64,000 nt of DNA, from positions 132,475 through 196,474 of the forward strand of contig DATMBG010000037.1 in the NCBI GenBank assembly GCA_035559535.1, in the 5' to 3' direction. Position numbers and translations under genes: made by a program. A model generated the notes under the pieces. It was not told where the DNA came from. It did no database searches and worked only from the letters and a program-made list of their open reading frames with translations. The DNA comes from Candidatus Limnocylindrales bacterium. GTDB taxonomy: Bacteria; Moduliflexota; Moduliflexia; Moduliflexales; JAUQPW01. This document shows positions 38,004 through 48,416 of this stretch, in pieces (within the stretch, counting starts at the first letter, position 1; each line of letters begins with the position of its first letter).

Positions 38004-38554
38004 TTGGAAGGGGAGGGTAACTTAAAAATTACGCAAGACGAAGTAAACAAAGTATTAATTTAAAGTTACCCCCTACCTTTAGAAGGTATACCAGGAATGA
38101 TCTTCATAAAGAAGGGCACGTTGTACGTGCCCGCCTCTGGATAACAAATTTCACCAATAAACTCAATATAAGAGTTAAAAAGATCTGATAAAAAATCTTG
38201 CAAAAACTTAATAGGGTGTCAAGAAAAAAGTAAGGTTTTGAACCTGGACCTGACATTTCGGTCTGCGACCTGTTTTTCTCATTCTTGGGTTCTATCTGAG
38301 AATGCGGATGCAGTGATTCTACCTCGCTGTAAAAAGGATTCCCGGCATAGAGTTTCAAGGTATTGACTGGAGGGTGTATGAAAGCTGCGTATCTTTTAGC
38401 TCCATCAGGGGCTATCTTAGGGATAATCAAAGGAAGCTTAACGGGCCACTCCGGTGAGGCCTTGAGAGTTTTGAGATCTTATAACCAGAACTGAGTTGTT
38501 CGTACAGGATTTAATCTTTAACTTGGGGATAAAAAGTTGGGCTTTCCGGGATTT

Positions 38555-41209
38555 TTACCTGGAGTTGAGGACCTCTGCCAGGGTTTTCAAGAGCTTTTCT
38601 GCAGTGTACGGCTTTGACAAAAATGTTTTAATGCCTCCTTCGGCCATTTCAACTGCTTTCCCATTCATCTTCAATCCACTGGCAGCTATGATTTTGACCT
38701 GTGGATTAAGCTTCTGTAACGCTCGAATCGTCGCAGGACCATCCATATACGGCATCATCATGTCCAGGAGTACCACCTGAATTTTCTCTTTGTTCTCTGC
38801 GTACAGCGCTACCGCCTCGGCACCGTCACTTGCCGTCAACACCTTATAGCCATAGCTCTCCAGCGTCTCTTTGGTAACCTCCTGGATCGGTACCTCATCA
38901 TCGACTACCAGAATTAACTCTCCGTGGCCCATCGGTAACTCGGGATGCTTTTCTTCCCTTTGCTCCGTCCCCTCCGTCTTTATCGCAGGTAGATAGATTT
39001 TGAACCGGGTCCCTTTTCCTATCTCACTATAAACATTGATAAATCCACCATGACCTTTCACAATCCCTAAAGCCGTGGACAATCCCAACCCCGTCCCCTG
39101 ACCATGTTCTTTGGTAGTAAAAAAAGGTTCGAAAATCTTATCCAGAATGGAAGCCGGGATTCCCACTCCGGTATCGGTCACAGTGATAAGAACAAACGGA
39201 CCCGATTTGGCTTCCAGATGCATGCGGGCATAGCTTGCATCTAACTGTATATTCTCGGCTTCTAGGGTCAGCTTACCCCCTTTGGGCATGGCATCTCGTG
39301 CATTAACACAAAGGTTCATTAAGACTTGATACAACTGGGTTGCATCTCCATGGATGGACCACAGGTCTTCTGGGATAATCGTGTGAATCTGAATCGATTT
39401 CGGCAACGTCTCCTTCAGAATTTTCTCTATTTCCTTGATTAAATGCCTGGGTTGAAGCACGATATGTTCCCCTTCGGCCCCTCGGGCAAATGAAAGCAAT
39501 TGATTGATTATGCCAGCCCCACGTTCGGCGCTGCTTCGAAGGGTTGCAAGTAAACGTTGACTCTGCTCATCAGTGAACTTCCGCTGGAGAAGCTTAATCG
39601 CCATAAGGATTGGAGCCAAAACGTTGTTCAGGTCATGGGCAATTCCCCCTGCCAGTGTGCCAAGGCTCTCCATCCGCTGAGCCCTGAGAAATTGGGCTTC
39701 AAGTTTTTTCTTCTCCGTAACGTCCGTATTGATGACAAGGACCGATTTAGGTAGACCTTTATCATCGCGTACCAGGGCCCAGTGGCCTTCTACTATAATC
39801 TCCTTGCCGTCCTTGGTTAATTGCTTCAACTCCCCTCGCCATTCTCCTTTCTCCATCAATGTCCGATGAGCTTCTTCAAATTGAGAGAGGTCTCCTCGAT
39901 ACAAAAGTTCCTGAATATTCTTACCGATAACCTCTGCTGCTGTCCAGCCGTAGATACGTTCAGCACTTTTATTCCAAAAAAGAACCCGGTGCTTTAAATC
40001 CCGAACAACAATGGCATCCTGTGCCTGGTTAAGCAGAGTAGCCTGCTCACGTAATTGCTCCTCGGCCCGCTTACGTTCGGTAATATCACGCACGATCCCG
40101 GTAAATATCCGTCTGTTTCCCAGGTGCACTTCACTTACGGCCAGATCAATGGGGAATGTCGTCCCATCCTTATGTTGTCCTAGGACCTCACGACCGATGC
40201 CAATAATCTTTTTCTTACCTGTTTCCAGATAATTCCTCATATATCGATTGTGTTCTTCCCGATAAGGTGGCGGCATCAATATGGATACATTTTGGCCTAT
40301 GACCTCTTCGGCCCGGTAACCAAATATCCGTTCGGCTGCTTTATTGAACAGTTCAATACTTCCCCTCTCATCGATGGTAATGATTCCATCAACGCTGGTA
40401 TCTACAATGGCCCGGGCTCTTTCCTCACTTTGCCTGAGGGCCTCCTCCACCTGCTTCCGTTCCGTGATATCCACAGCCGAGGCTATGAGATGACTGACCT
40501 GTCCTGCCGGATCAAACTCTGGAACAAGAGCAAAGTCCACGGTGATGAAATGACCCTCTCCTACACGCATCACAACATCGTAGCGGGATTTCTCTCCCTG
40601 GGCAGCCCGTTGAATCGCCGCTCGAAGTTGAACCTGGATGAGAGGCGAGTAAGACCACCAGTAGGTCTCTTCAAAGAATTTTCCGATGACCTCCTCAGGC
40701 TTCAGTAAAGCTGCCTCTAACGCAGTCTGATTGACTTCGATGAGTACTCCATCGGGGGTCAACACACCGACGAATACCAACAAACTGTTGAGAATATTCC
40801 TCAGATGGTGTTCATTTCTCCGTATTTCCTCTTCTATTTGTCTCTCCCTGATAAGATCCTTTGAAGAAAGAAGAATATACTTCCCTTCTGGTGTGTCCAT
40901 GGCATGGGCCAGGATCAATACAGGAATTCTGGCTCCATCTTTTCTTAGGGCTTCTATTTCAAAGTGGTTCTTCCTGGTCCCAAACAAGGATTGATGAAGC
41001 AGAGAGATGGGGTCTACTTCGGCTGGAAACAGAATATTTATCTTTCGTCCCAATATCTCTTCTCGCCTGTAACCGTACAATTCGCATGTCTGGCGATTCA
41101 CTTCCAGGATGGTAAACTCAGAATCCAGTATAGAGAAGGCAACCTCTGCACTTTCAAAAACCGCACCGTAGAGGCTCTTAGGAAGGCGGAAAACAGTTCG
41201 TCGTTTCAT
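38555..41209 (-). CDS. Multi-PAS hybrid sensor histidine kinase (PAS x4-5, HisKA, HATPase_c, C-terminal receiver)
   Basis: Repeated PAS signatures, a phospho-acceptor H-box (LAGGIAHDLNNVL), N/G boxes (LMNLCVNARDAM, DTGVGI, GTGLGLS) and a C-terminal receiver with ILVVDDE..D..MP. Confidence 0.85.
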   Translation of the reverse strand: MKRRTVFRLPKSLYGAVFESAEVAFSILDSEFTILEVNRQTCELYGYRREEILGRKINILFPAEVDPISLLHQSLFGTRKNHFEIEALRKDGARIPVLILAHAMDTPEGKYILLSSKDLIRERQIEEEIRRNEHHLRNILNSLLVFVGVLTPDGVLIEVNQTALEAALLKPEEVIGKFFEETYWWSYSPLIQVQLRAAIQRAAQGEKSRYDVVMRVGEGHFITVDFALVPEFDPAGQVSHLIASAVDITERKQVEEALRQSEERARAIVDTSVDGIITIDERGSIELFNKAAERIFGYRAEEVIGQNVSILMPPPYREEHNRYMRNYLETGKKKIIGIGREVLGQHKDGTTFPIDLAVSEVHLGNRRIFTGIVRDITERKRAEEQLREQATLLNQAQDAIVVRDLKHRVLFWNKSAERIYGWTAAEVIGKNIQELLYRGDLSQFEEAHRTLMEKGEWRGELKQLTKDGKEIIVEGHWALVRDDKGLPKSVLVINTDVTEKKKLEAQFLRAQRMESLGTLAGGIAHDLNNVLAPILMAIKLLQRKFTDEQSQRLLATLRSSAERGAGIINQLLSFARGAEGEHIVLQPRHLIKEIEKILKETLPKSIQIHTIIPEDLWSIHGDATQLYQVLMNLCVNARDAMPKGGKLTLEAENIQLDASYARMHLEAKSGPFVLITVTDTGVGIPASILDKIFEPFFTTKEHGQGTGLGLSTALGIVKGHGGFINVYSEIGKGTRFKIYLPAIKTEGTEQREEKHPELPMGHGELILVVDDEVPIQEVTKETLESYGYKVLTASDGAEAVALYAENKEKIQVVLLDMMMPYMDGPATIRALQKLNPQVKIIAASGLKMNGKAVEMAEGGIKTFLSKPYTAEKLLKTLAEVLNSR

Positions 41210-41334
41210 GTATCCTTTGTTTGGCCTATACCCATTTGCATTTCTTAAAAAATAGATTTGGTTTCCTCTCTAGAGGACGTGAATAATGACCATAGGGAAG
41301 GCAAATAGGTATTCACAGTTGTCTTATGAAAAGC

Positions 41335-42711
41335 TCAAGCAGAAATTCCATACTGCTTCATCTTTCGGTAGAGGGAATCTCGAGAAATTCCCAAAATCTC
41401 AGCCGCCCTGGATTTATTCCCTTCAGCTATTCGCAAGGCCTGCTCAATGGCAAACCTCTCCAGCTTCTCCAGGGAAAGGGTTGAAGCATGGTAAAGGGGA
41501 ACACCTTTCCGGCCCTCTAAGCTTTCTTCTGAAGAAGCTCCCTTTAACACAGATTTAAGATCCTGGACCGTCACACTCCTCTGGTCATCGGCTGTGGCTG
41601 CAATCCCTTCAATAATATGCTCTAACTCCCGCACGTTCCCAGGAAATGAATAATCCATCAGGAGACCGAGGGCCTCTTTTTCTAACTTTAATTTATGTCC
41701 GTACTTCTCTCCGTACTTTCTCAAAAACCTCTCCACAAGTAACGGAATATCCTCCCGCCTTTCTCGAAGAGGTGGGATCAGAATCGTCAATGTTGAAATT
41801 CGATAATACAGATCCTCACGGATCCATCGACCTTTAAGCTCTTCCACCGGACGATTAGAAGCGGATAAGATCCGTACATCTACTTCCACTTCTCGCGTCT
41901 CTCCAAGAGCCCGAACTCTTCTATCCTGAAGAACTCGAAGCAGCTTCACCTGGGCATCTTTAGGCATCTCGCTGATCTCATCTAAAAACAAAGTCCCTCC
42001 ACTGGCCGTTACAAAGAGCCCCTTATGATCGTGTAAAGCCCCGGTAAAGGCTCCCTTCTTGTATCCAAAAAGTTCGCTCTCGATCAACTCTTGGGGTAAG
42101 GCGCCACAGTTGATGGGTACAAAGGGTTTATCCCGCCTCCGACTCCGGCGATGGATCATTCTGGCCAAAACCTCCTTACCGGTACCCGTCTCTCCAACGA
42201 GTAACACCGGAACATCGGACCGAGAAGCTGCAACCACCTTTTCCATAACCCCTCGCATGGCCCTTGAGGTTGCTATGGGTTCCTCAAACCCCGAAGCACC
42301 ATCCAGCAGATCCTGAAGTTGGACCACTTTCTTCTTCAGCTCGTACATCTCCATGGCCCGACCCACCTTCTTCAAGATCATATCCTCATCGAAGGGTTTC
42401 AAAATGTAGTCATCAGCTCCTCGCTTGATGGCTTCCACAGCGGTCTGGATGGTTCCATAGCCGGTCATGATAATGACAGTGATGTCGGAATCTACTTCTT
42501 TGATCCTCTCCATGAGGGTAATCCCATCCAGCAGAGGCATCATCAGATCCACAAGGGCCAGGCCGATATCCTCCTGACCCTTGAGAGTCTCAAGGGCTTC
42601 GTTCCCGGATAGAGCTACCAGGGTCATGTAACCGTGGTTTTCGAAGAGGAGGGAGAGGGTGAGGGCCATTTCTTTGTTGTCATCGACGATTAAAATTTTA
42701 GGAGAGTTCAT
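41335..42711 (-). CDS. Sigma-54-dependent response regulator (NtrC family: receiver + AAA+ + Fis-type HTH)
   Basis: Receiver ILIVDDN..ALVDLMMP. Sigma-54 interaction domain with Walker A GETGTGKE, GAFTGA loop (GYKKGAFTGA) and Walker B LFLDEISEM. C-terminal HTH AAEILGISRDSLYRKMK. Confidence 0.9.
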   Translation of the reverse strand: MNSPKILIVDDNKEMALTLSLLFENHGYMTLVALSGNEALETLKGQEDIGLALVDLMMPLLDGITLMERIKEVDSDITVIIMTGYGTIQTAVEAIKRGADDYILKPFDEDMILKKVGRAMEMYELKKKVVQLQDLLDGASGFEEPIATSRAMRGVMEKVVAASRSDVPVLLVGETGTGKEVLARMIHRRSRRRDKPFVPINCGALPQELIESELFGYKKGAFTGALHDHKGLFVTASGGTLFLDEISEMPKDAQVKLLRVLQDRRVRALGETREVEVDVRILSASNRPVEELKGRWIREDLYYRISTLTILIPPLRERREDIPLLVERFLRKYGEKYGHKLKLEKEALGLLMDYSFPGNVRELEHIIEGIAATADDQRSVTVQDLKSVLKGASSEESLEGRKGVPLYHASTLSLEKLERFAIEQALRIAEGNKSRAAEILGISRDSLYRKMKQYGISA

Positions 42712-43369
42712 GGGATTTTATCCTTACCTCTAAAAGTTCCGGTCGTTTCGAAAAGTAGGAAGGGGAATTACCTCAACCTTCTAAGACAGAAGGGAGATAT
42801 TTCATTTTCTCCCCCTTAAAACACCACGTAAACCGCAAGGAGCAATCCCTCACGGCTACCTTGTTTAAGGATAGTCCTTATAATCATCCCTACGTCATCA
42901 GGTAATAGTTTCATAGGGTATGAATGCGATAACTTACCTTCTCAAATATAGGGGTCTTTCCCCCCGGATGTCAAGCAACTTCATCTCAGGTTGATCAACT
43001 TGTTATGAATTTATACTTTCGACCTTTCTTCCCCATGAGGTAGGGGTTTTGTATAGATAAATCCCTTAGCAAAGTTAATTGATCCCAGGATCAAACAAAA
43101 GGCGTTTTGGTTTCTTTGAAAGATTACTGCTTTCTAAAATTAATTAAAACTAACTTTACAAGAACTTATGGAACTGCCAATCGGGTTATAATAGATTTAT
43201 ACAAAAAGATAGACCCCTAATTTTAGGGTTAACTTATTTTTAAGTTAGTTCAAATTACGTATTAACTAGAGGTACAATATCTTCTGCGATGACTTAGCCG
43301 AATGGAGGATAGTACTGGCCTACCCATGGCAATATTTCCATTCGGGACTTTGGTATAAGCTCTAAGAGT

Positions 43370-44131
43370 ATGAACTTTAACTATCGCCGCAAAGAACTCG
43401 AGGCGGAACATATTCCCGAAGCCATAGCACAACGACTGGCAGCTAAAAAGAAGCATAGCTATCTGGGTGATGCAGTTCTGGGAGCTATCGATGGTTGTGT
43501 CACAACATTCGCTGTTGTGTCAGGTGTGGTGGGTGCAAACCTTCCCCAGGGTATAGCCATGATACTCGGTCTGGCTAATTTGCTGGCGGATGGCTTTAGC
43601 ATGGCTGTCAGCAACTACCAACGGGCCAAGAGTGATAAAGAGCAAACAGAGAGGGCTCGTCGAATAGAAGAAAAACATATCGATGAGGTTCCAGAGGGGG
43701 AGCGTGAAGAGATACGGCAGATCTTCTCCCGCAAAGGCTTTGAAGGGCTTGTCCTTGATGAAATTGTTCAGGTCATTACCCGGGATCGTAGGCGGTGGGT
43801 TGATACGATGCTCACCGAGGAACTAGGGCTTCAACTTGAGAGCCCAGCACCCCTCAAGGCAGGGATAGTCACATTTATCGGATTTTTCCTCGCCGGCCTG
43901 ATTCCGCTCCTGCCATTTTTACTGGCAACGTACCTGACCGGACAGGGAATCTTTTTCATGAGTATTTCTGCGACAGGATTGTCATTCTTTCTGATTGGAG
44001 TCCTCAAAGGATGGGTGCTGGATCGCCCGCTTTTAATTTCAGGCTTGGAAACACTTCTGGTCGGTGGTTGTGCAGCAACTCTGGCTTACCTAGTGGGAGT
44101 CTGGTTAAGGGATTTCGCCGGGACTTTTTAA
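43370..44131 (+). CDS. VIT1/CCC1 family iron/manganese transporter
   Basis: The N-terminal HSYLGDAVLGAIDGCVTTFAVVSGVVGA motif and the length (253 aa) with C-terminal TM helices are typical of the VIT family. Confidence 0.75.
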   Translation: MNFNYRRKELEAEHIPEAIAQRLAAKKKHSYLGDAVLGAIDGCVTTFAVVSGVVGANLPQGIAMILGLANLLADGFSMAVSNYQRAKSDKEQTERARRIEEKHIDEVPEGEREEIRQIFSRKGFEGLVLDEIVQVITRDRRRWVDTMLTEELGLQLESPAPLKAGIVTFIGFFLAGLIPLLPFLLATYLTGQGIFFMSISATGLSFFLIGVLKGWVLDRPLLISGLETLLVGGCAATLAYLVGVWLRDFAGTF

Positions 44132-44760
44132 TCAACTCTATGGAAGGACAAGTTTTCTCACCCCTGGCAGAGGGGTCCCTTGATATATCGATCTCAGGTG
44201 TCTTGAAAGGCTTAGAGTAGAGAGCAGGAGTCTTCTCCGAATTACTCCCAAAAACCTGTTTTGTAAGCTATGGAGTTTGGACTGTCTTTTGTCTTAACCT
44301 CTGACGTCACCTCGCTTATCCCATAAATATGGGACTTCCATGGATGTCGTAAGATTCCAGGACAGATATCAGGGTTTCAAAGACCCTATTCTTGCATCTG
44401 ATTCATTGGATGTAATTATCGATATTACAATATCTTACGCATGTTTCGGGAAATATGGAATGCCCATTGCATGAGCTCAAGTTGATATTAAACCCATTTC
44501 TGTGGGAGGGATAGGGACGAAGCAATCTCCCTCATCCCAAAGGTTGCTTCGTTCCTATCAACGCTTAAGGTGGTAAGTCAGAATAGCCTTTTCAAGTTGA
44601 AAGAGCATTCTGGAGAAGGGATATGGCACCAAAATCTGTAAAGGCGATGGGTTAGTCGTCCTTATAAGCGGTTGCATATGTTCTCTCTTTATTTGTGTAA
44701 GGGTGCTGCAACCGTTTTATCGGATAACAAGATAAGAAAGGAGGTGAATGGCTTTAACTT

Positions 44761-45435
44761 ATGTTAAGCTGGTTACCGGAGAATATTTCCACTTACGGAG
44801 GGGATATTGATTCCCTTATGTATCACATCTATTACATCACGGGCGTATGGTTTTTCTTAACTTATGGGGTGATTATTGTTTTTTTGCTCCGATATCGTCG
44901 CCAAGAGGGTCAGAAGGCAGCCTACGTCCGGGGGGATAGTCTGACGCAGGCCGGCTGGCTACTTGTTCCTCTCTTGATCGTACTGGCTCTGGATCTGTGG
45001 ATTGATTTTCAGGGTTCGGAGGTTTGGGCCAAGATCAAGATTGATGCGCCGTCCAGCGACCTGCTGGTAGGAGTCACCGGGAAGCAGTTCAATTGGGAGA
45101 TCGCGTATCCAGGACCAGATGGAAAATTAGGAACGGCAGATGATCTTGAGATGGAGAACGAACTGCATGTTCCGGTGAATAAGGTTGTACACGTGGTCCT
45201 CAGGTCAAAAGACGTCATTCATAGTTTCTTTCTCCCGAATCTTCGCCTCAAGCAGGATGTGATGCCGGGACGAACTATTGAAGCCTGGTTTGAGGCAACA
45301 AAGCCAGGTCGTTATCCCCTGCCTTGCGCCGAACTATGTGGTTTTGGACATTCCGGTATGGAAGGTTCTTTAATTGTGCATTCTCTCGATGAATATGAGA
45401 AATGGGTACAGAAAAACTGGCCCCATAAACCCTGA
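44761..45435 (+). CDS. coxB: Cytochrome c oxidase subunit II (CuA centre)
   Basis: Two N-terminal TM helices and a cupredoxin domain with the CuA ligands H..C.ELCG.GHS.M (HSFF..CAELCGFGHSGM). There is no cytochrome c domain, so this is an aa3-type oxidase. Confidence 0.85.
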   Translation: MLSWLPENISTYGGDIDSLMYHIYYITGVWFFLTYGVIIVFLLRYRRQEGQKAAYVRGDSLTQAGWLLVPLLIVLALDLWIDFQGSEVWAKIKIDAPSSDLLVGVTGKQFNWEIAYPGPDGKLGTADDLEMENELHVPVNKVVHVVLRSKDVIHSFFLPNLRLKQDVMPGRTIEAWFEATKPGRYPLPCAELCGFGHSGMEGSLIVHSLDEYEKWVQKNWPHKP

Positions 45436-45501
45436 TGTATGAGGAGGCCAAGGGCAGAGACGCCTACTTGCTCTCTGCTTTTTGCTTCTAGGAGGTGATC
45501 C

Positions 45502-47241
45502 ATGAGTAATATTCTTGGGGATGTTACGCAAGGAACTTATCATGAGGAAAAGGGTTTCTGGCGTACGTATGTCTTTTCCACTGACCATAAGGTCATTGCC
45601 AAGCAGTATCTCGCTTTAAGCTTATTCTGGGCGGTCCTGGGTGGGTTTGCAGCATATCTGATCCGTTGGCAGCTCGCTTATCCTGAAACGGCGGCACCTG
45701 GGGCCAGTTGGATCCCGGAACCCTTCATGTATGAAGGAGTTGTTCCGCCCGAATTTTACAATGTGCTCATCACCATGCATGGGACGATTATGGTCTTTTT
45801 CGTAGCCATGCCCCTCCTCCTGGCGGTCTTCGGGAACTATCTTATCCCTCTGATGATTGGAGCTCGGGATATGGCCTTTCCCCGGCTCAACATGCTTTCT
45901 GTTTGGGTCTTTACCCTTGCGTCGCTGGTGTTGTTGATTTCTCTCTTTGTACCAGGAGGGGCTGCATCTGCAGGCTGGACCGGGTATCCACCCCTCTCTG
46001 CCAAGGCAATCTACACAGGTGTAAACTGGGGCATGAACCTCTGGATTGTGGCCATTGCCCTAGAGTTTGCCGCCTTCCTTATGGGAGGAATTAACTTTCT
46101 GACTACAACCCTCAATATGCGGGCACCTGGAATGACCCTCTTCCGTTTACCCCTCATCGTTTGGATGCAAATAACCGCAGGTGTTGTCTTCATGCTCTCT
46201 GTGGGACCCTTGATAGCTGGAGCTGTGATGCTTCTGCTAGATCGCGTGATAGGGACAACCTTTTATGTTCCGGAAGGTGGTGGACAACCTCTCCTGTGGC
46301 AACATCTGTTCTGGTTCTTCGGCCATCCAGAAGTTTATGTCATTCTTCTGCCTGCCCTTGGAATTATTCTGGAGATCTTACCTGTCTTCAGCCGAAAGCC
46401 GATTTTCGGTTATCGCCCAATTATCTACTCCACAATTGTGGCTGGCATCCTCAGCTTCATCGTCTGGGCACACCATCAATATGTAAGTGGTATAGACCCC
46501 CGACTTGCCATGCCTTTCAGCATTACTACCATTCTTATCTCTGTTCCCTTTGCCCTTATTGTATTTGCCCTGATCGCCACTCTGTGGAAAGGATCAATTA
46601 GCTTCCCAACCCCCATGCTCTTCGCCCTTGGTACTTTAGGAGTGTTTCTTATCGGAGGCTTAACGGGTATTTTTGTGGGTTCAGCACCTGTAGACATTTA
46701 CTTCCATGATACCTACTTCGTCGTAGCCCATTTCCATTATACCCTTTTCAGTGCCGTGTTCTTTGGTGGATTTGCCGGACTCTACTTCTGGTTTCCAAAG
46801 ATGTTTGGACGGATGATGAACGAGACACTGGGAAAAATCCACTTCGTGCTAACCTTTATTCTCTTCAACACCACCTTCTTCCCCATGTTCTTCCTGGGTA
46901 TTGGAGGGATGATGCGACGGATTGCGAACCCGATGCAGTATGAGTTCTTGCAGCCGTTGCAACCCATCAACGTGTTCATCACCGGTTCTGCGATTCTTCT
47001 CCTGATTAGTCAGGGAATCTTCGCAATCAACTTCTTCTGGAGTCTGTTTCGTGGGAGAATAGCCGGACCAAATCCATGGCAGGCAAATACTTTAGAATGG
47101 AGTACCTCATCGCCACCACCCCACGAAAATTTCCATAAAATACCGACGGTCTACCGGGGTCCTTATGAGTATAGCTTACCTGAGACCGCCGAAGACTGGC
47201 TCCCCCAGAATCAACCTGAACTAGAGGAGGTAAAAAAATGA
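45502..47241 (+). CDS. ctaD: Cytochrome c oxidase subunit I
   Basis: Heme-copper oxidase signature with 12 TM helices (WFFGHPEVYILILP, the HH pair in HHMF/YVVAHFHY). Length 579 aa. Confidence 0.95.
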   Translation: MSNILGDVTQGTYHEEKGFWRTYVFSTDHKVIAKQYLALSLFWAVLGGFAAYLIRWQLAYPETAAPGASWIPEPFMYEGVVPPEFYNVLITMHGTIMVFFVAMPLLLAVFGNYLIPLMIGARDMAFPRLNMLSVWVFTLASLVLLISLFVPGGAASAGWTGYPPLSAKAIYTGVNWGMNLWIVAIALEFAAFLMGGINFLTTTLNMRAPGMTLFRLPLIVWMQITAGVVFMLSVGPLIAGAVMLLLDRVIGTTFYVPEGGGQPLLWQHLFWFFGHPEVYVILLPALGIILEILPVFSRKPIFGYRPIIYSTIVAGILSFIVWAHHQYVSGIDPRLAMPFSITTILISVPFALIVFALIATLWKGSISFPTPMLFALGTLGVFLIGGLTGIFVGSAPVDIYFHDTYFVVAHFHYTLFSAVFFGGFAGLYFWFPKMFGRMMNETLGKIHFVLTFILFNTTFFPMFFLGIGGMMRRIANPMQYEFLQPLQPINVFITGSAILLLISQGIFAINFFWSLFRGRIAGPNPWQANTLEWSTSSPPPHENFHKIPTVYRGPYEYSLPETAEDWLPQNQPELEEVKK

Positions 47242-47831
47242 AAGATGCTCTTAACATGAAAATAGAATCCATGACCTTAACCGGTACCGGTATCCCCAGT
47301 GGAAAGGCAGGAGTATGGTGTTTTCTCGCCTCAGAGATTACAGTCTTTGGAGGGTTGATCGGTTCCTACCTCGTAGTTCGTCTTGGTAGTGGAGGATGGC
47401 CAGAAGCGGCAGCACATCTGAGCTTTTCCCTTGCCTTATTCAACACGCTGGTCCTCCTTACCAGTAGTATGACCATGGTGTTAGCCTTTGATGCCGTGGA
47501 AAAGGGGGACTCCAAAAAACTTCGAACCTTTCTATTTCTTACTATCCTCCTGGGCCTGGTTTTTTTAGGCGTTAAAGCTTTTGAATATGCCGGTAAACTC
47601 GCCCATGGCTTTACGCCGGGTACCGGAGTCTTCTGGTCCTTTTACTATGGGATGACCGGCCTCCACGCTCTTCATGTCCTGGCCGGGGTCATCGTCAATA
47701 TTATTCTTTTTATGGAGGCCCTTGGAAATGCCCTAAAACCAAATGAGCATCGTGTGGAACTGGCCGGTTTATACTGGCATTTTGTCGATATAGTCTGGAT
47801 CTTCCTCTTTCCACTTCTTTACCTAACTTGA
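47238..47831 (+). CDS. ctaE: Cytochrome c oxidase subunit III
   Basis: A 4-bp overlap with ctaD, about 5 TM helices and the conserved YWHFVDIVWIFLFPLLYL C-terminus. Confidence 0.85.
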   Translation: MKDALNMKIESMTLTGTGIPSGKAGVWCFLASEITVFGGLIGSYLVVRLGSGGWPEAAAHLSFSLALFNTLVLLTSSMTMVLAFDAVEKGDSKKLRTFLFLTILLGLVFLGVKAFEYAGKLAHGFTPGTGVFWSFYYGMTGLHALHVLAGVIVNIILFMEALGNALKPNEHRVELAGLYWHFVDIVWIFLFPLLYLT

Positions 47832-47986
47832 CAGTCCGGATATCGTTTTGGGTTGATAATGAAATTATACCTTATCCGTAGAGGCAGGTTTAAAACCTGC
47901 CTCTACTGAACAGGTTAAGGGAAGATTTTTACTCCGCATAGAGTTAGAGTCTTCGCTTTGCTTGGAGCAACGTTAGACGAAAGAAA

Positions 47987-48259
47987 ATGGAAGATAAACA
48001 TCATCCCAATTACTTTCTTATATGGGTCTGGCTCATGGCCCTGGTAGTTGTCTCAGTTCTATCCAGTCTGATCTTGCCAAAATCTCTGGCAAGTTTTCTA
48101 ATTTTTACTGCTGCTGGAATCAAGGCTTTGTTGGTTATTCTAAACTACATGCACCTGAAATATGAGAAACCTTTAATTTATGCCTTTGTGATCGTTCCGC
48201 TCCTGTTCGCCTTGATTCTGACGCTTCTCCTTTTCCCCGACTTTGTTTTCCACGGCTGA
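47987..48259 (+). CDS. Cytochrome c oxidase subunit IV (bacterial CtaF/CoxD-type, PF03626-like)
   Basis: A 90-aa protein with three TM helices, immediately downstream of ctaE. The N-terminal HHPNYFLIWVWL resembles Bacillus-type subunit IV. Confidence 0.6.
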   Translation: MEDKHHPNYFLIWVWLMALVVVSVLSSLILPKSLASFLIFTAAGIKALLVILNYMHLKYEKPLIYAFVIVPLLFALILTLLLFPDFVFHG

Positions 48260-48391
48260 ATTTATACCAAATTTATTTTGAATAGATGAGGGGTACCTTG
48301 CAACATGGCCTACAAACTCTATTGAACTTCAATGTGAAGATAGTGCTATAAAGTCCGGGGTTAGTAGAACCAACTGGGTGTGGTAGCCCCA

Positions 48392-48416
48392 GAGCGGGGC
48401 TATGTCCCCGCTTTTA
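48392..48416 (+). terminator. Rho-independent terminator of the cox operon
   Basis: GAGCGGGG-CTATGT-CCCCGCT followed by TTTTAT. Confidence 0.55.

Noticed and set aside
38104-38430. A 108-aa minus-strand ORF in the kinase-liv intergenic region
   Set aside because: No RBS, an odd composition and no domain. The region is better explained as promoter/terminator space containing palindromes.
42712-43369. Looked for tmRNA, SRP RNA or RNase P RNA in the large AT-rich intergenic regions (42712-43369, 44132-44760, 49593-50288)
   Set aside because: No hallmark motifs were found: no tRNA-like 3' end with GGTTCGATTCC...CCA, and no SRP domain-IV GGAA tetraloop context. No call is made.
44748-44813. Alternative coxB start at the ATG (44748) directly after the AAGGAGGTG Shine-Dalgarno
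   Set aside because: That frame terminates after about 21 codons. The 44761 ATG, with 14-nt spacing, yields the full CuA-containing subunit II.
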